A DNA stretch of 64,000 nt from an uncultured cyanobacterium (GCA_963718615.1 OY970368.1:384001-448000), one strand, 5' to 3'; counted from the first letter of the stretch, positions 10,350 through 20,757 are shown. A program made the numbers and translations. Notes: generated by a model not told the origin, from the sequence alone.

Positions 10350-10539
10350 GGGGTAGGCTCCGGTAGAATTTCTGAGTATCAAAGTTTGCCTTTCTGGGTT
10401 CTATGACCGGGCGGGTTGCGGAGAAGATTCCAGGGCGGATCCGCTTCCTGAAGTGTCTATGGGAACTCCCGTTTGTCCGGATTGGGACGGGTCTGTCCTG
10501 AAGAAAACAAGTTGCCATTAGGACGTATAGTGGGAAAAC

Positions 10540-10695
10540 CAGGATGGTTTCTGGAGGGAACAGCTCCAGAAGGAAACGGGGAAAGCCAGTGTAAGTCTGG
10601 CGCTGTCCCGCAGCTGTAAGGTCGAGGATTGGTCTTTATGGGGTTTTGTGCCATGACCGCAGCCTTCACCAAGTCAGAATGCCCGCCATCAGGAC
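10540..10695 (+). ncRNA. Cobalamin riboswitch
   Basis: GGTTTCT...GGGGAAAGCCAGTGTAAGTCTGGCGCTGTCCCGCAGCTGTAA and the B12 box AAGTCAGAATGCCCGCC, upstream of hupE-cobW. Boundaries approximate. Confidence 0.9.
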
Positions 10696-10739
10696 TGTTC
10701 ACCGAATTAACATCTGCGCGGTACAGATGGGGAGACTTT

Positions 10740-11396
10740 ATGACGAGCAATGTGTTTGGGCGATTTTCGTCCATTGGGAAACTACTTTTTATCGTTGCAG
10801 GGGCGATCGCCACTCTCGGCCTTCTCCCCTCTACAGCTCTGGCTCACCATGCCCTCAGCGGTCGCCTTCCCAGTAATGGTTTAGAAGGATTCTACTCAGG
10901 ACTGGCCCATCCGATGATTGGCCTGGATCATTTTTGCTTTGTGCTGGCGATCGGGGTTTTGGCTGCAACCCAGGTGCGGGGGCTGTGGCTCCCGATTGTT
11001 TTTGTGCTGGCCGGCTTGGGGGGGACGCTGCTGCATCTCGCTGAATTTAATCTGCCCCTCGTCGAAGTGGGCGTTGCCGGTTCGCTGCTCCTGGCGGGTT
11101 GGTTCTTGGCGCGGCGACAGGGGTTACCGCTCGTGGCGCTGTTGGGATTGGGGGCGATCGCCGGTATTTTCCACGGCTATGCCTATGGAGAAAGCATTGT
11201 AGGGGCCGAAATGACGCCGTTGACTGCCTATTTGGCGGGTTTGACGCTGATTCAACTGGGGGTGGCGATCGCCGTCGCCCAGTTCTTCAAAACCGTCATC
11301 CAGCGGGCCACTCAGAACCCTGCGACGTTACTTCGCTATGCTGGGTTTACATTTTTTGGTGCGGGCATCGCATTTTTATCCACAGCTTTAGGGTGA
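10740..11396 (+). CDS. hupE: HupE/UreJ family cobalt/nickel transporter
   Basis: Signal peptide ending ALA-HH, 'SGLAHPMIGLDH', 'FHGYAYG'; GGAG SD before ATG 10740. Confidence 0.9.
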   Translation: MTSNVFGRFSSIGKLLFIVAGAIATLGLLPSTALAHHALSGRLPSNGLEGFYSGLAHPMIGLDHFCFVLAIGVLAATQVRGLWLPIVFVLAGLGGTLLHLAEFNLPLVEVGVAGSLLLAGWFLARRQGLPLVALLGLGAIAGIFHGYAYGESIVGAEMTPLTAYLAGLTLIQLGVAIAVAQFFKTVIQRATQNPATLLRYAGFTFFGAGIAFLSTALG

Positions 11397-11402
11397 TAGA
11401 AA

Positions 11403-12491
11403 ATGCATAAGATTCCGGTCACGATTATCACAGGATTTCTGGGTGCTGGCAAAACGACACTGGTTCGCAATCTTTTGCAAAATAACCAAGGCCGTCGCAT
11501 TGCGGTGTTGGTGAATGAGTTTGGCGAAGTCGGGATTGATGGGGATTTACTGCGCGGTTGTCAGGTTTGTGACGAGGAGGAGGTCCCAGGCTCCACCGAA
11601 GAATCCGCCGAATCCGCCGCTGCCAATAACACGGTCAATAACGCTGCCAATATTGTCGAACTGACCAACGGCTGTCTCTGCTGCACGGTCCAGGAGGAGT
11701 TTTTGCCCACGATGGAGGAACTGCTCAAGCGTCGCGATCAGATCGACTGCATGCTGATTGAAACCAGTGGATTGGCAATGCCGAAGCCCTTGGTTCAAGC
11801 CTTTCGCTGGCCGGAGGTACGCACCGGAGCAACGGTGGATGGTGTGGTCACAGTGGTAGATTGTGTGGCGGTGGCTGCGGGGCAATTTGCGTCGAATCTA
11901 GAAGCCCTAGAACAGCAGCGCCAGGCAGATGACAGTTTAGACCATGAAACGCCCCTGGAAGAGTTGTTTGAGGATCAGCTCAACTGTGCGGATTTGGTGC
12001 TGTTGACGAAAGTCGATCAGGTGGAGCCAGCCGTGCGGGAAACGGTGGAGCGGTGGTTGCGATCGCAACTCAAACCCCAAGTCAAAATTATCCCCTGCAC
12101 CCACGGAGAGATCAGCCCTGAGGTTCTGCTGGGGTTTAATGCCGCCGTTGAAGACGATCTAGAGAGTCGGCCCAGCCACCATGACCACGAGCATGAGCAT
12201 GAACACGACGAGCATCTCAATTCGGTGGTGTGGCTCAGTGACGCTGCTTTTGAGCCTCAAGCTCTGATTGCGAAGCTTCAGCAACTGGTAGAAACCCAGG
12301 AAATCTATCGCATTAAGGGGTTTGTCCAGGTGCCGAACAAGCCCATGCGGTTGGTTTTGCAAGGGGTGGGGTCGCGGTTTGATTCCTTTTTCGATCGCCC
12401 TTGGCAACCGGATGAACCGCGACAAACTCGGTTGGTGCTGATTGGGGATGAGCTGGATGGGGAGGCGATCGAGCGTCAGCTTAGCCTGTGA
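11403..12491 (+). CDS. cobW: Cobalamin biosynthesis GTPase CobW
   Basis: GFLGAGKTT, NEFGE, GCLCCTV, ETSGLA and a His-rich linker; riboswitch context. Confidence 0.95.
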   Translation: MHKIPVTIITGFLGAGKTTLVRNLLQNNQGRRIAVLVNEFGEVGIDGDLLRGCQVCDEEEVPGSTEESAESAAANNTVNNAANIVELTNGCLCCTVQEEFLPTMEELLKRRDQIDCMLIETSGLAMPKPLVQAFRWPEVRTGATVDGVVTVVDCVAVAAGQFASNLEALEQQRQADDSLDHETPLEELFEDQLNCADLVLLTKVDQVEPAVRETVERWLRSQLKPQVKIIPCTHGEISPEVLLGFNAAVEDDLESRPSHHDHEHEHEHDEHLNSVVWLSDAAFEPQALIAKLQQLVETQEIYRIKGFVQVPNKPMRLVLQGVGSRFDSFFDRPWQPDEPRQTRLVLIGDELDGEAIERQLSL

Positions 12492-12541
12492 AGCTTGAGC
12501 AGTAAAGGTTAAAATCTAAGGACTCGCGACGGAGCAGGCAC

Positions 12542-13198
12542 ATGTCCTTGGTCACCCTCCAACTTCGGCAACTCGACATCCCTCCGGGTCAAAGGCTTCT
12601 CATCCATGATGTTGACTGGTCTGAGTTTGAGCACATCTTAGAAGAGCTGGGGGAAAAACGAGCTGCCCGCATTGCCTATAGTGAGCGCATCTTGGAGATT
12701 AGAATGCCGCTGCCAAAGCACGAGCGCGAGAAATCGATCCTCGGTGATGTCGTCAAGATATTGCTGGAGGAGTTAGAGATAGATTGCGAATGCTTCGGTT
12801 CAGCGACGTTTAAGCGCCAAGAGATGGATTTTGGGATTGAGCCAGATGATTGTTTTTATATTCAAAATCACCGGGCTGTGATGGGTCGCGATCGCCTAGA
12901 TTTATCGGTTGACCCACCCCCGGATCTGGCGATCGAAGTAGATGTCACCTCCAAAACTCAAATCAACGCCTATCTCAGCTTGGGTGTGCCTGAGCTTTGG
13001 GTTTATGAGGGGCAGAAACTCAAAATTTACGGATTACAGGCTGGAGACTATCAATCCGTCGACGTTAGCCCAACATTTCCGACATTGCCGATTTTGACCT
13101 GGGTTACAGAGGTATTAGCACAAAGTCTAACCGAGGGCAGAAGTCCGGCTTTGCGAGCTTTGCGGCAAAAGGTTCGGCAAGCGCTTAACGGGCTTTAA
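12542..13198 (+). CDS. Uma2 family endonuclease (DUF820)
   Basis: 'EPDDCFYIQN', 'PPDLAIEVDVTS', 'LGVPELW'. Confidence 0.9.
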   Translation: MSLVTLQLRQLDIPPGQRLLIHDVDWSEFEHILEELGEKRAARIAYSERILEIRMPLPKHEREKSILGDVVKILLEELEIDCECFGSATFKRQEMDFGIEPDDCFYIQNHRAVMGRDRLDLSVDPPPDLAIEVDVTSKTQINAYLSLGVPELWVYEGQKLKIYGLQAGDYQSVDVSPTFPTLPILTWVTEVLAQSLTEGRSPALRALRQKVRQALNGL

Positions 13199-13210
13199 TG
13201 CGTTTCAAGG

Positions 13211-13840
13211 CTAGATCTCTGAGTGTTTGCCCCCATCCCAACGACGCAGGGGAACACAGTCCAACTCAAACTGATCCAACGCCCGCGCCACGACAAAATC
13301 GACCAGATCTTCGATCGTTTGAGGGTGGTGATACCAAGCTGGAATGGCTGGAACAATGCGCACGCCCGCTTCCGCCAGCGTCGTGAGATTGCGCAAATGG
13401 ATCAGGCTAAACGGCGTTTCCCGAGGCACGAGCACGAGCTTTCGACCTTCCTTGATCTGCACATCCGCTGCTCGCTCTAAGAGGGCAGGCGTAAGTCCCG
13501 AGGCTAATTTGCCAACCGTACTCATGGAGCAGGGCAAAATTAACATCCCCTGGGTGCGAAATGAGCCGCTGGCGATCGTTGCACCTACATTTCCCCAGGC
13601 ATGGCAAGTCAGCGTTCCCGCCTCCGGCACCCCGGCCAGCCCGCGCCAAAACTGACTCTGCTGCTCAGGCTCTAGGGGCATGCGAACGCCCTCCTCCGCT
13701 TGCCAGACGATCGCCACGGATTTAGACGCAACCAAATCAATCTGATGGCCCGCCGTGAGTAGATGTTTGACGGCACGCACGGCATAAATCAACCCGGAGG
13801 CTCCGGTCACCCCCAGGATCAAAGGACGGGACTGGCCCAT
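13211..13840 (-). CDS. ubiX: Flavin prenyltransferase UbiX
   Basis: 'GVTGASG', 'IASGS', 'PCSMST', 'RAADVQIKEGRKLVLVPRETP'. Confidence 0.95.
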   Translation of the reverse strand: MGQSRPLILGVTGASGLIYAVRAVKHLLTAGHQIDLVASKSVAIVWQAEEGVRMPLEPEQQSQFWRGLAGVPEAGTLTCHAWGNVGATIASGSFRTQGMLILPCSMSTVGKLASGLTPALLERAADVQIKEGRKLVLVPRETPFSLIHLRNLTTLAEAGVRIVPAIPAWYHHPQTIEDLVDFVVARALDQFELDCVPLRRWDGGKHSEI

Positions 13841-13849
13841 GAAGCTGGT

Positions 13850-16225
13850 TTACTCCTCTTCGTTGAAATCGAGCCCGGACAGATTCGTTGAGCCCGAGCC
13901 TAGATCATCCATTTCCCCATCGGGGTCTTCATCGCTCTCGCTACCGCCCCCAACCACCATGAGGTCAATTTGCTGACGGTAATAATCGACGCTCTTGACC
14001 TGGACTTCGACGCGATCGCCCAAACTATACTGCCGCCGATTTTTGCGACCCACTAACCGCTGCTGTCGAATGCGATGCTCATACCAGTCGTCCTTGAGCG
14101 AACTCACATGGACGAGCCCTTCCACGAGCCAATCTTCGATTTCCACAAAGAAGCCGTAATTTTGCACCCGCGTAATTAAACCGTTGAAGACCTCCCCGGT
14201 GTGGGCCTTCATAAACTCCGCTTTCTTAAGGCCAATCAAATCTTCTTCGGCATCCTGGGCACGGGTTTCGCGCTCGCTGAGCTGAACGACGATCGCCTGG
14301 TGCTGCATTTCCAGCTCTTGCTGAACATCGGGAGGCAAGACATTCCAGTTGACATTGCCATGGGCCTCGCTGCTGTGCAGATTGACCCGATCCTTCGAGC
14401 GCGTGGTGCGGCGATCGCGTCCCGTCTCAAACAAAGCATGGAGAACCCGCTGAATTTGCAGATCACAGTAGCGCCGAGCGGGGCAGGTAAAGTGGGTGTA
14501 CCCTTCCTCTGCGGCGATCGAGAGCCCAAAATGCTTACCAGGCGTAAGGCTATAGGAGGCGGGTTTCAGCGTTTGTTGCAACAGATAGGTGAGTACCCGC
14601 TCCGCCGAGGTTTCGCCAAACTGTTCCAAAAAGCGCTGATACACCTTGGAGTCAATATCCTCGTCGGATTCTTCCCAATCCAACTCAATTTCTAGATTGG
14701 CTGCGAGCTTAACCAGCTCCTGGACAGTGTTGCGATCGGGCGCACGATGGACCCGATAAAGCAGCGGTAGGCCCAAGGACTGAAGATGCATCGCCACCAG
14801 ATGATTGGCTAGCAGCATAATTTCGGCCAATTGACCTCGAATCGGCAATTCATCGGCGACGATCATCGCCCCCAAAATTCCCTCGTCGTTATAGGCAAAG
14901 CGGCTGTAGAGGGCAGGACTGACGTTATCCTTGGCCTCCGCTACCATGGGCAACCGCTCCGGCAGATTGAGCTCAAAGGCTCCCCGCTGGTAGCGCTGCT
15001 GGCGTAGCAGTTGACCGACTTCTGCTAACTGATCAATCAGTTCAAAGATTTCTTTATGCTTTTTAATGCCCTTGGTCTTAGCATCCCGATCCAAAATGGT
15101 CTGGGCCTGGTGATAGCTCAAAACCGCATTGGCCTGAATAATCGAGGGATACACCTCAAAGGCTTGCAGCTCTCCCTCCTCGCTGAGCAAAATTTCCAGA
15201 GAAATACTGAGGCGATCGCGCCCCTCCTGAAAACTGCAAAGACTCTTGGCCAATGGATCCGGCAACAGCGGAATCACCGTTTCACCCAGATAAATCGCCG
15301 TTCCACGCCGTCGGGCCTCTTGGTCGATGGCCGAATCCACCGGCACATAAAACGCCACATCCGCCGTATGCACCCAAAGCCGCCAGCCGTCTTCGAGCTT
15401 TTCTAAGGAAATGGCATTGTCGATCATGCCCGCTGCCGAATCCGCCTCTGCCCCATGGATGGCAACGGTCAGCGTATCCCGGAGCTCGATCCGATCCTTT
15501 AGATCCGCCTTGCGCACTCGGGTGGGCAAATCCTTCAAGACCTGCTGGAGCGACTCGGGAAACTCTCCCGGCAGACTGTGCTTGCAGCAAACGATATCAA
15601 TATCGGAAGCCGCCTCGGCATCGCTCCCCAAAACCTGGGTCAAACGGCCCACCGGAGCATGGCGACCAATGGGATAGCGCATGACCTCCACATTGACCAA
15701 ATGTTCAATCGCTTCATTCAGCGCCGCTTCATCCGCATCCAGCGCCAGTTCAAACAACAGGCGATCGTCCAGGGGAACCGCTCGAAAACGGCCCTGATCT
15801 CCCTTAATACGGGCTAAAACCGACGTATTGGCCCGCTCCATAATCAACTGAACTCGCCCTTCTGGACTGCGGCGGCGGCTAGCTTCCTTGGTAACGGTGA
15901 CTAAAACGCGATCGCCATTCCAGGCATGATTGAGGTCGCGATCGCGAATATAGATATCCTCCGCATCCTCCACATCCTGAATCGCAAAACAAAATCCCTT
16001 ACTGGAGCAGCGCAAGCGCCCTTCGATATAGCCCGTATCGGTCAACCGCCGATATTTTCCCCGCTCCTTCACCAAAATCCCAATTTTTTCGAGGGCATCT
16101 AGGGTAATTTGCAGCTCCCGCAGACTGGTTTCATCCTCACAACCCAACTTTTTTTCTAAAACCCGAGGTGCAACCAATTTGTCATCAGCAAAGGTAGCAA
16201 GCAGGGTGGCGACTGAAAATTTCAT
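13850..16225 (-). CDS. rnr: Ribonuclease R family protein (RNB + S1; cyanobacterial Zam-like)
   Basis: 'LRCSSKGFCFA' cold-shock domain, 'YTHFTCPARRY' RNB motif, C-terminal S1 domain. ATG 16225 (MKFSVATLL) preferred. Confidence 0.9.
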   Translation of the reverse strand: MKFSVATLLATFADDKLVAPRVLEKKLGCEDETSLRELQITLDALEKIGILVKERGKYRRLTDTGYIEGRLRCSSKGFCFAIQDVEDAEDIYIRDRDLNHAWNGDRVLVTVTKEASRRRSPEGRVQLIMERANTSVLARIKGDQGRFRAVPLDDRLLFELALDADEAALNEAIEHLVNVEVMRYPIGRHAPVGRLTQVLGSDAEAASDIDIVCCKHSLPGEFPESLQQVLKDLPTRVRKADLKDRIELRDTLTVAIHGAEADSAAGMIDNAISLEKLEDGWRLWVHTADVAFYVPVDSAIDQEARRRGTAIYLGETVIPLLPDPLAKSLCSFQEGRDRLSISLEILLSEEGELQAFEVYPSIIQANAVLSYHQAQTILDRDAKTKGIKKHKEIFELIDQLAEVGQLLRQQRYQRGAFELNLPERLPMVAEAKDNVSPALYSRFAYNDEGILGAMIVADELPIRGQLAEIMLLANHLVAMHLQSLGLPLLYRVHRAPDRNTVQELVKLAANLEIELDWEESDEDIDSKVYQRFLEQFGETSAERVLTYLLQQTLKPASYSLTPGKHFGLSIAAEEGYTHFTCPARRYCDLQIQRVLHALFETGRDRRTTRSKDRVNLHSSEAHGNVNWNVLPPDVQQELEMQHQAIVVQLSERETRAQDAEEDLIGLKKAEFMKAHTGEVFNGLITRVQNYGFFVEIEDWLVEGLVHVSSLKDDWYEHRIRQQRLVGRKNRRQYSLGDRVEVQVKSVDYYRQQIDLMVVGGGSESDEDPDGEMDDLGSGSTNLSGLDFNEEE

Positions 16226-16512
16226 GGATGCCTCGATCTGAATCTGCGGAGTGAAGGTGAAGATGGACCGAAAACCGCCCTCGAAACCCAGGACGCCAAT
16301 AGCCGAGGTTCCAAGACGCGAAGAGCACAAAACCTGAAACGCGATGAACCAACAGACTAGACAACGACCCCTGACTTCAAAGAACAGGGCGATGGACAGA
16401 TCTGAAATGCTACAGAAACTTTGCCGTGCGATCTCCGTTGCCCCAGCAAAATTTTGCGCAACGTGGCATAAGCACAATCCGTCGCACTACATTGTAGCGG
16501 TCTATGGATGCT

Positions 16513-17184
16513 TTATCGCTTTCCAGTCACGATATAAACCACTCGATTCCCAATATTCGTCGCGTGATCGGCCATCCGTTCCAAATATCGAATGACCAAG
16601 ACCAGCAGCACCACGGGCTCAACGCCCTGTTGCAGGTCGGGTTCTTGGACCAAGGCCCGATAGAGGCTTTCATAGTCCGAATCCACCACATCATCTTTAT
16701 GTTTGATGGCCTTGGCGGCTTCAACATCGAGGTTAGACAGCGCTTCTAAACTCAGGGCTAGCATGGCCCGACAGCGATCGAGCATCAGTCCAATCCGCCC
16801 CATCAGCGGCGACTCGGGGTAGGGAAAGAGCTTGACCGCTAGCTCGCTGATATCTTCGGCATAGTCCCCAATGCGCTCTAGGTCTCGAACCAGCTGCATC
16901 AGCGCACTGAGCAGCCGCAGATCGTGGCTGACAGGAGATTGCAACGCCATCAGATTGACGCAATCCAACTCAATTTGACGATAAAGCTGATCAATTTGCT
17001 TATCTTGATGGTCTAGGGCCGTGGCAGCGTCGAGGTCGCGGTCAATTAAGGACTGACGGGCTAGCCAACAGGAACTTTCAACCAGTGCCCCCATGCGCAG
17101 GACATCCTGCTGGACGCGCTTAATTTGACGCTCAAAATGGGTTCTAGTGGTACTCGGCGGACTATCAGAGAAAAGGCTCATCAT
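16513..17184 (-). CDS. phoU: Phosphate signalling protein PhoU
   Basis: Two 'LER(I/M)xD' repeats, 'QSPVSHDLR', 'YIVTG'. Confidence 0.95.
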   Translation of the reverse strand: MMSLFSDSPPSTTRTHFERQIKRVQQDVLRMGALVESSCWLARQSLIDRDLDAATALDHQDKQIDQLYRQIELDCVNLMALQSPVSHDLRLLSALMQLVRDLERIGDYAEDISELAVKLFPYPESPLMGRIGLMLDRCRAMLALSLEALSNLDVEAAKAIKHKDDVVDSDYESLYRALVQEPDLQQGVEPVVLLVLVIRYLERMADHATNIGNRVVYIVTGKR

Positions 17185-17436
17185 TATTTACTGACCCGAA
17201 TTTACAGACCCGACCCAAGTTTTTTATTTTTATTTTTGAGGGTGAACCCCAGGCAATGAGCGCGACATGACGCCCCCTAAGAAGATCCCATTCTAGCGGC
17301 TGTATTTGGGAGGCTCAAGTGTTCTAGGTAGCAGTTTTCTTGTTAAGTCATGTGACAGTCCCGTTCGATTTTGCAATTTATAACGGAATCTAAACAGAGA
17401 ATCTATGACATAACGTTTTAAGGAGATTCCAGAGCA

Positions 17437-17526
17437 ATGTCCCAAACCCAAATTATTGTCGCCCTTTTGCTTGCCCTAGTTCCTGGCTTTTTGGCCCTAC
17501 GTCTCGGAACCGAGCTTTATAAGTAA
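17437..17526 (+). CDS. psaM: Photosystem I subunit XII PsaM (below the ORF-track size cutoff)
   Basis: Translates to MSQTQIIVALLLALVPGFLALRLGTELYK*; AAGGAG SD upstream. Confidence 0.95.
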   Translation: MSQTQIIVALLLALVPGFLALRLGTELYK

Positions 17527-17558
17527 GCCCAGCAAGGAAGCCCAGCATCCACTCCAGT

Positions 17559-17596
17559 GAACGGGGGTAGAGTCTATCTGCCCCCGTTTGCTTTTT
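17559..17596 (+). terminator. Intrinsic terminator of psaM
   Basis: aacgggggtaga / tctgcccccgtt stem followed by tgcttttt. Confidence 0.7.
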
Positions 17597-17841
17597 GGGG
17601 TAACTAGACTAATGCGATCCATCTTGTGTAGGCCCTGGAGGGATATAGGGGCCTCTGCCCCTAGGGGGTGTTTTACCAAATCCCGCTTTGTCGTGTATCC
17701 TTAGACACTTCCGATAGTCAGGTATTAGGTTTAATGGACTCCATAGCCCAGGTTTGCGCTAGTTTCTCTTGACCTGAGAAAATCTGCTGCTAGACTGCTG
17801 GCTATCGAGCCCCCTCGCCTCTTGTTGATGGATGTTTTAAC

Positions 17842-18279
17842 GTGATGCAAGCGACCCGCACCAATTCCCGCCGAGCTCGGGGTCCCCAACCTGCCTCCAT
17901 TCGCACCCGTGCTTCCCATCTTCGTGCAGCTCCGGTCCGGCCCCTGGCCCGCAAGCAGCCCAAGCAGAGTGTTTTGGCACTCACCCGTGAGACGGTGGTT
18001 AAGCTTTCGATTAATGGGGTGCTGATTGGGATGTCTGCGATCGCCCTCGCCCGCTTAGTGCCAACCCACATGACCCAACAGGCCCAACTGCGGGAAGTTC
18101 AAGCAGAGCTAAGCTTTACCAAAGGGCGGGTGGATCAGCTCCGGTCGGAGTTTAACCGTTCCTTTGATCCGATGCAGGCCCAGGCGGTGATGCAGCAAGA
18201 AAGCTATCGGATTGACCCCAATCAGCGACCCGTGGTGTTTATTACGCCGACCACGACATTGGAAGATACACAGCCGTGA
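17842..18279 (+). CDS. Slr1601-like putative cell division / septum initiator protein
   Basis: Basic N-terminus, one TM segment, coiled coil, 'FDPMQAQAVMQQ'; psaM-adjacent as recalled for cyanobacteria. Confidence 0.7.
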   Translation: MMQATRTNSRRARGPQPASIRTRASHLRAAPVRPLARKQPKQSVLALTRETVVKLSINGVLIGMSAIALARLVPTHMTQQAQLREVQAELSFTKGRVDQLRSEFNRSFDPMQAQAVMQQESYRIDPNQRPVVFITPTTTLEDTQP

Positions 18280-18285
18280 GGGAGG

Positions 18286-19149
18286 TTAGCCCAAAGGTTG
18301 AACGAGGTCCTGGACAAATTTGGGCAGCATGGCGCTGGCTTGGTGGATGTCTGGGGTGTAGTACTTGCAGTTGAAGGGAGCTGCTTGGTAGCGATCGCGC
18401 ACCCGCGCCAAATCCGCCTGGAGCTCAACCTGGGACCCTAGGACATAGGACCACAGACCGGACGGATAGAAGGGAATAAATCCCACGTAAAACCGAACTT
18501 GGTCAAAGACTTGGCGCAGTTGCTGGCTCACGGAATGAATTTCGTTAGGATAATAGAGCGGTGTACCGCATTGGGTTACGTAAATCCCTTGGGTTTGGAG
18601 CGATCGCTGGCACATTTTAAAGAAAGGAGCCTCGAATAGCGGGACCGCTGGACCGATGGGGTCGGTTGAATCCACAATCAAAACATCAAAATGATGGTCA
18701 TACTGGGGCAAAATGTCTTCCCCCGGTGCGACTTGCAGCGACACCCTCGGATCGCTCAGGGCAATGTGGGAAACGCTAGGGAAAAATTCGCGGGAGGCAT
18801 CCACCACGGCTCCGTCGATTTCGACCCAGAGGACTTCTTCGACGCTGGGATGTTTGAGGATTTCTCGGACAGCTCCGCCGTCGCCGCCGCCAATCACCGC
18901 CACCCGCTTGGGGTCGGGGTGGGTGAGCATGGCCGGATGCACTAACATTTCATGATAAAAATACTCATCTCGCTCGGTCAGCATGACTTTATCGTCGAGC
19001 ATCATTAATTTGCCAAATTCGACGGTTTGATACACGTCAAGTTTTTGGTAAGGGGTTTGGGTTGAAAGCAGGGTTTCTGTAATGCGAAAGCCAAGCTGGA
19101 GATGATCGGTTTGTTGCTCAAAAACAACGGGATCAGAAAAGGGGGTCAT
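18286..19149 (-). CDS. speE: Spermidine synthase
   Basis: 'LDDKVMLTERDEYFYHEML', 'IGGGDGG', 'VEID', 'IVDSTDPIGPA'. Confidence 0.95.
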   Translation of the reverse strand: MTPFSDPVVFEQQTDHLQLGFRITETLLSTQTPYQKLDVYQTVEFGKLMMLDDKVMLTERDEYFYHEMLVHPAMLTHPDPKRVAVIGGGDGGAVREILKHPSVEEVLWVEIDGAVVDASREFFPSVSHIALSDPRVSLQVAPGEDILPQYDHHFDVLIVDSTDPIGPAVPLFEAPFFKMCQRSLQTQGIYVTQCGTPLYYPNEIHSVSQQLRQVFDQVRFYVGFIPFYPSGLWSYVLGSQVELQADLARVRDRYQAAPFNCKYYTPDIHQASAMLPKFVQDLVQPLG

Positions 19150-19285
19150 GGGGACTTGCCTTCACAAAATAGAACAGATGAAAACAAAAGTTTAGGAAGC
19201 GGGCGATCGCCTTCACCAGGCAATTTAGCCGTTTTCTATCATCGGTGAAGACCGGGTCGAAAATACAGCGGATTTAGGCCGCAGG

Positions 19286-19294
19286 TGGTATAAT
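19286..19294 (+). promoter_or_regulatory. Extended -10 promoter element of rbp
   Basis: TGGTATAAT about 130 bp upstream of the rbp start. Confidence 0.6.
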
Positions 19295-19310
19295 GAGTCC
19301 TGGGATTAAG

Positions 19311-19424
19311 TATTCGGTTGATGCGTTCGTTCCTTGATATTGGCGGATTTGTCAGGTTTTTCATAGGTAGCACCTCTCCGAAATCTCACCCGTTGCAGAC
19401 CTCATATGATTCTGGAGACGCTCC
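19311..19424 (+). promoter_or_regulatory. Conserved cyanobacterial rbp 5'-UTR boxes
   Basis: TTCGGT (19313), TCTCCGAA (19375) and TTCTGGAGA at the RBS resemble boxes described for cold-inducible rbp genes; TCTCC can pair with GGAGA. Confidence 0.6.
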
Positions 19425-19736
19425 ATGTCGATTTACGTTGGTAATCTTTCTTTTGACGCTACCGAGGCAGACCTGAACGACGTGTTTTCCGAATATGGAA
19501 CCGTAAAGCGCGTTCAACTGCCCACGGACCGCGAAACTGGACGGATGCGTGGCTTTGGATTTGTTGAAATGAGCTCGGACGCTGAAGAAGCCGCTGCCAT
19601 TGAAGCCCTGGATGGGGCGGAATGGATGGGTCGGGATCTGAAAGTGAACAAAGCTCGTCCTCGCGAGAACAACCGAGGGGGCGGCGGTGGCGGCTCCTTC
19701 GGGGGCGGCGGCGGTGGCGGTCGTCGTCGTTACTAA
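19425..19736 (+). CDS. rbp: RRM RNA-binding protein with Gly-rich tail
   Basis: IYVGNL (RNP2), RGFGFVEM (RNP1), Gly-rich C-terminus. Confidence 0.97.
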   Translation: MSIYVGNLSFDATEADLNDVFSEYGTVKRVQLPTDRETGRMRGFGFVEMSSDAEEAAAIEALDGAEWMGRDLKVNKARPRENNRGGGGGGSFGGGGGGGRRRY

Positions 19737-19774
19737 ACTTAACGAAGACGGATTCATTTCCAATTAGCTAACCT

Positions 19775-19802
19775 GTAGGGACATGGCATGCCATGTCCCT
19801 AC
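19775..19802. repeat. Perfect 28-bp palindrome, GTAG-type REP-like / terminator
   Basis: gtagggacatggcatgccatgtccctac followed by ttgcttttt, between convergent genes. Confidence 0.75.
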
Positions 19803-19809
19803 TTGCTTT

Positions 19810-20757
19810 TTAGGTGCGATCGATCTCATAGGTGGCATGGAGCCGATAGGTTTCACCGGCTGCTAAATCAATCACCTCTGTGGCGGCATTGGCTGTTTCT
19901 ACGCAAACAAACTGTCGATAATCGTCGTCGCCTAAATCGGCCATTTGGGCCGCAATCTCTGCCCCTGGATTCCAGACCACTGCGGTTTTGCTTCCGTGGG
20001 CGGAAATTTTGATGCGACGGCCTAAATAGGGGTCCTCAATGGCCAGTTCTGAAGGGACATCCAAATAGATACGATCGACCTCTTGCTCGATCGCCACCGG
20101 TCCCGTTTGAGTTTTTTCTGCACCGCCATCCACTTTGTCTAAATAGCGCTTGTTGTCTAACCCTAAAATCTTCACTTGACGGATATCGCCGACGGTGAAA
20201 TAGCTGTGCAGGGCTTGGGTGAGTTTGAAGGGTTGATCGTCGGTGTTGCGGGTGATCAGTTCGAGGGTGAGGGTTTGGCCGACGGTGATGGCGATCGCCA
20301 GCTCAAACCGATAGGGCCAAATTCCACGGGTCTCCTCGGTGTCGGTCAAGCTGAGAATGACTCGGGTTTCGCCGGTTTCAGTGGTTTCGGTTGTCCACAC
20401 ATTCCAGGGACGATTGCGCACAAAGCCATGGCTGGGGCGGCCTTGCCCGTCGGGATCGGGGCCAAACCAAGGCCAGCAAATGGGAGTGCCGCCTTTAATG
20501 GCTTTGCCAGTGGCGTAGTAAGCCTTATCGCTCACAAACATTAAATCGACGGGTTCGCTGGCGGGTTGGAAGGACAGGACTTGACCGCCGTAGAGGGAGA
20601 TGCGGGCCTGGGCAAAGCGATTGGCTATTGCAATAATCGGGAATTCGCCTGGACCGGAGACAAATTGCAGTTGGTCGGTAATGCCATAGTCTGCGTTGAG
20701 TTGTTCTGGAGTGAGGGATGGGGTGATGGGGTCGGGGGTGATGGGGTCAGGGGTCAT
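19810..20757 (-). CDS. D-hexose-6-phosphate mutarotase (aldose 1-epimerase family)
   Basis: 'AIKGGTPICWPWFG', 'HGFVRN', 'ALHSYF', 'VVWNPG', 'FVCVE'; N-terminal TPDPI repeats from a 15-bp tandem. Confidence 0.93.
   Translation of the reverse strand: MTPDPITPDPITPSLTPEQLNADYGITDQLQFVSGPGEFPIIAIANRFAQARISLYGGQVLSFQPASEPVDLMFVSDKAYYATGKAIKGGTPICWPWFGPDPDGQGRPSHGFVRNRPWNVWTTETTETGETRVILSLTDTEETRGIWPYRFELAIAITVGQTLTLELITRNTDDQPFKLTQALHSYFTVGDIRQVKILGLDNKRYLDKVDGGAEKTQTGPVAIEQEVDRIYLDVPSELAIEDPYLGRRIKISAHGSKTAVVWNPGAEIAAQMADLGDDDYRQFVCVETANAATEVIDLAAGETYRLHATYEIDRT

Noticed and set aside
16226-16477. 84-aa N-terminal extension of rnr (also the hupE extension 10629-10739)
   Set aside because: Artefacts of longest-ORF calling; the family-like N-termini start at downstream ATGs, and the hupE extension overlaps the riboswitch.
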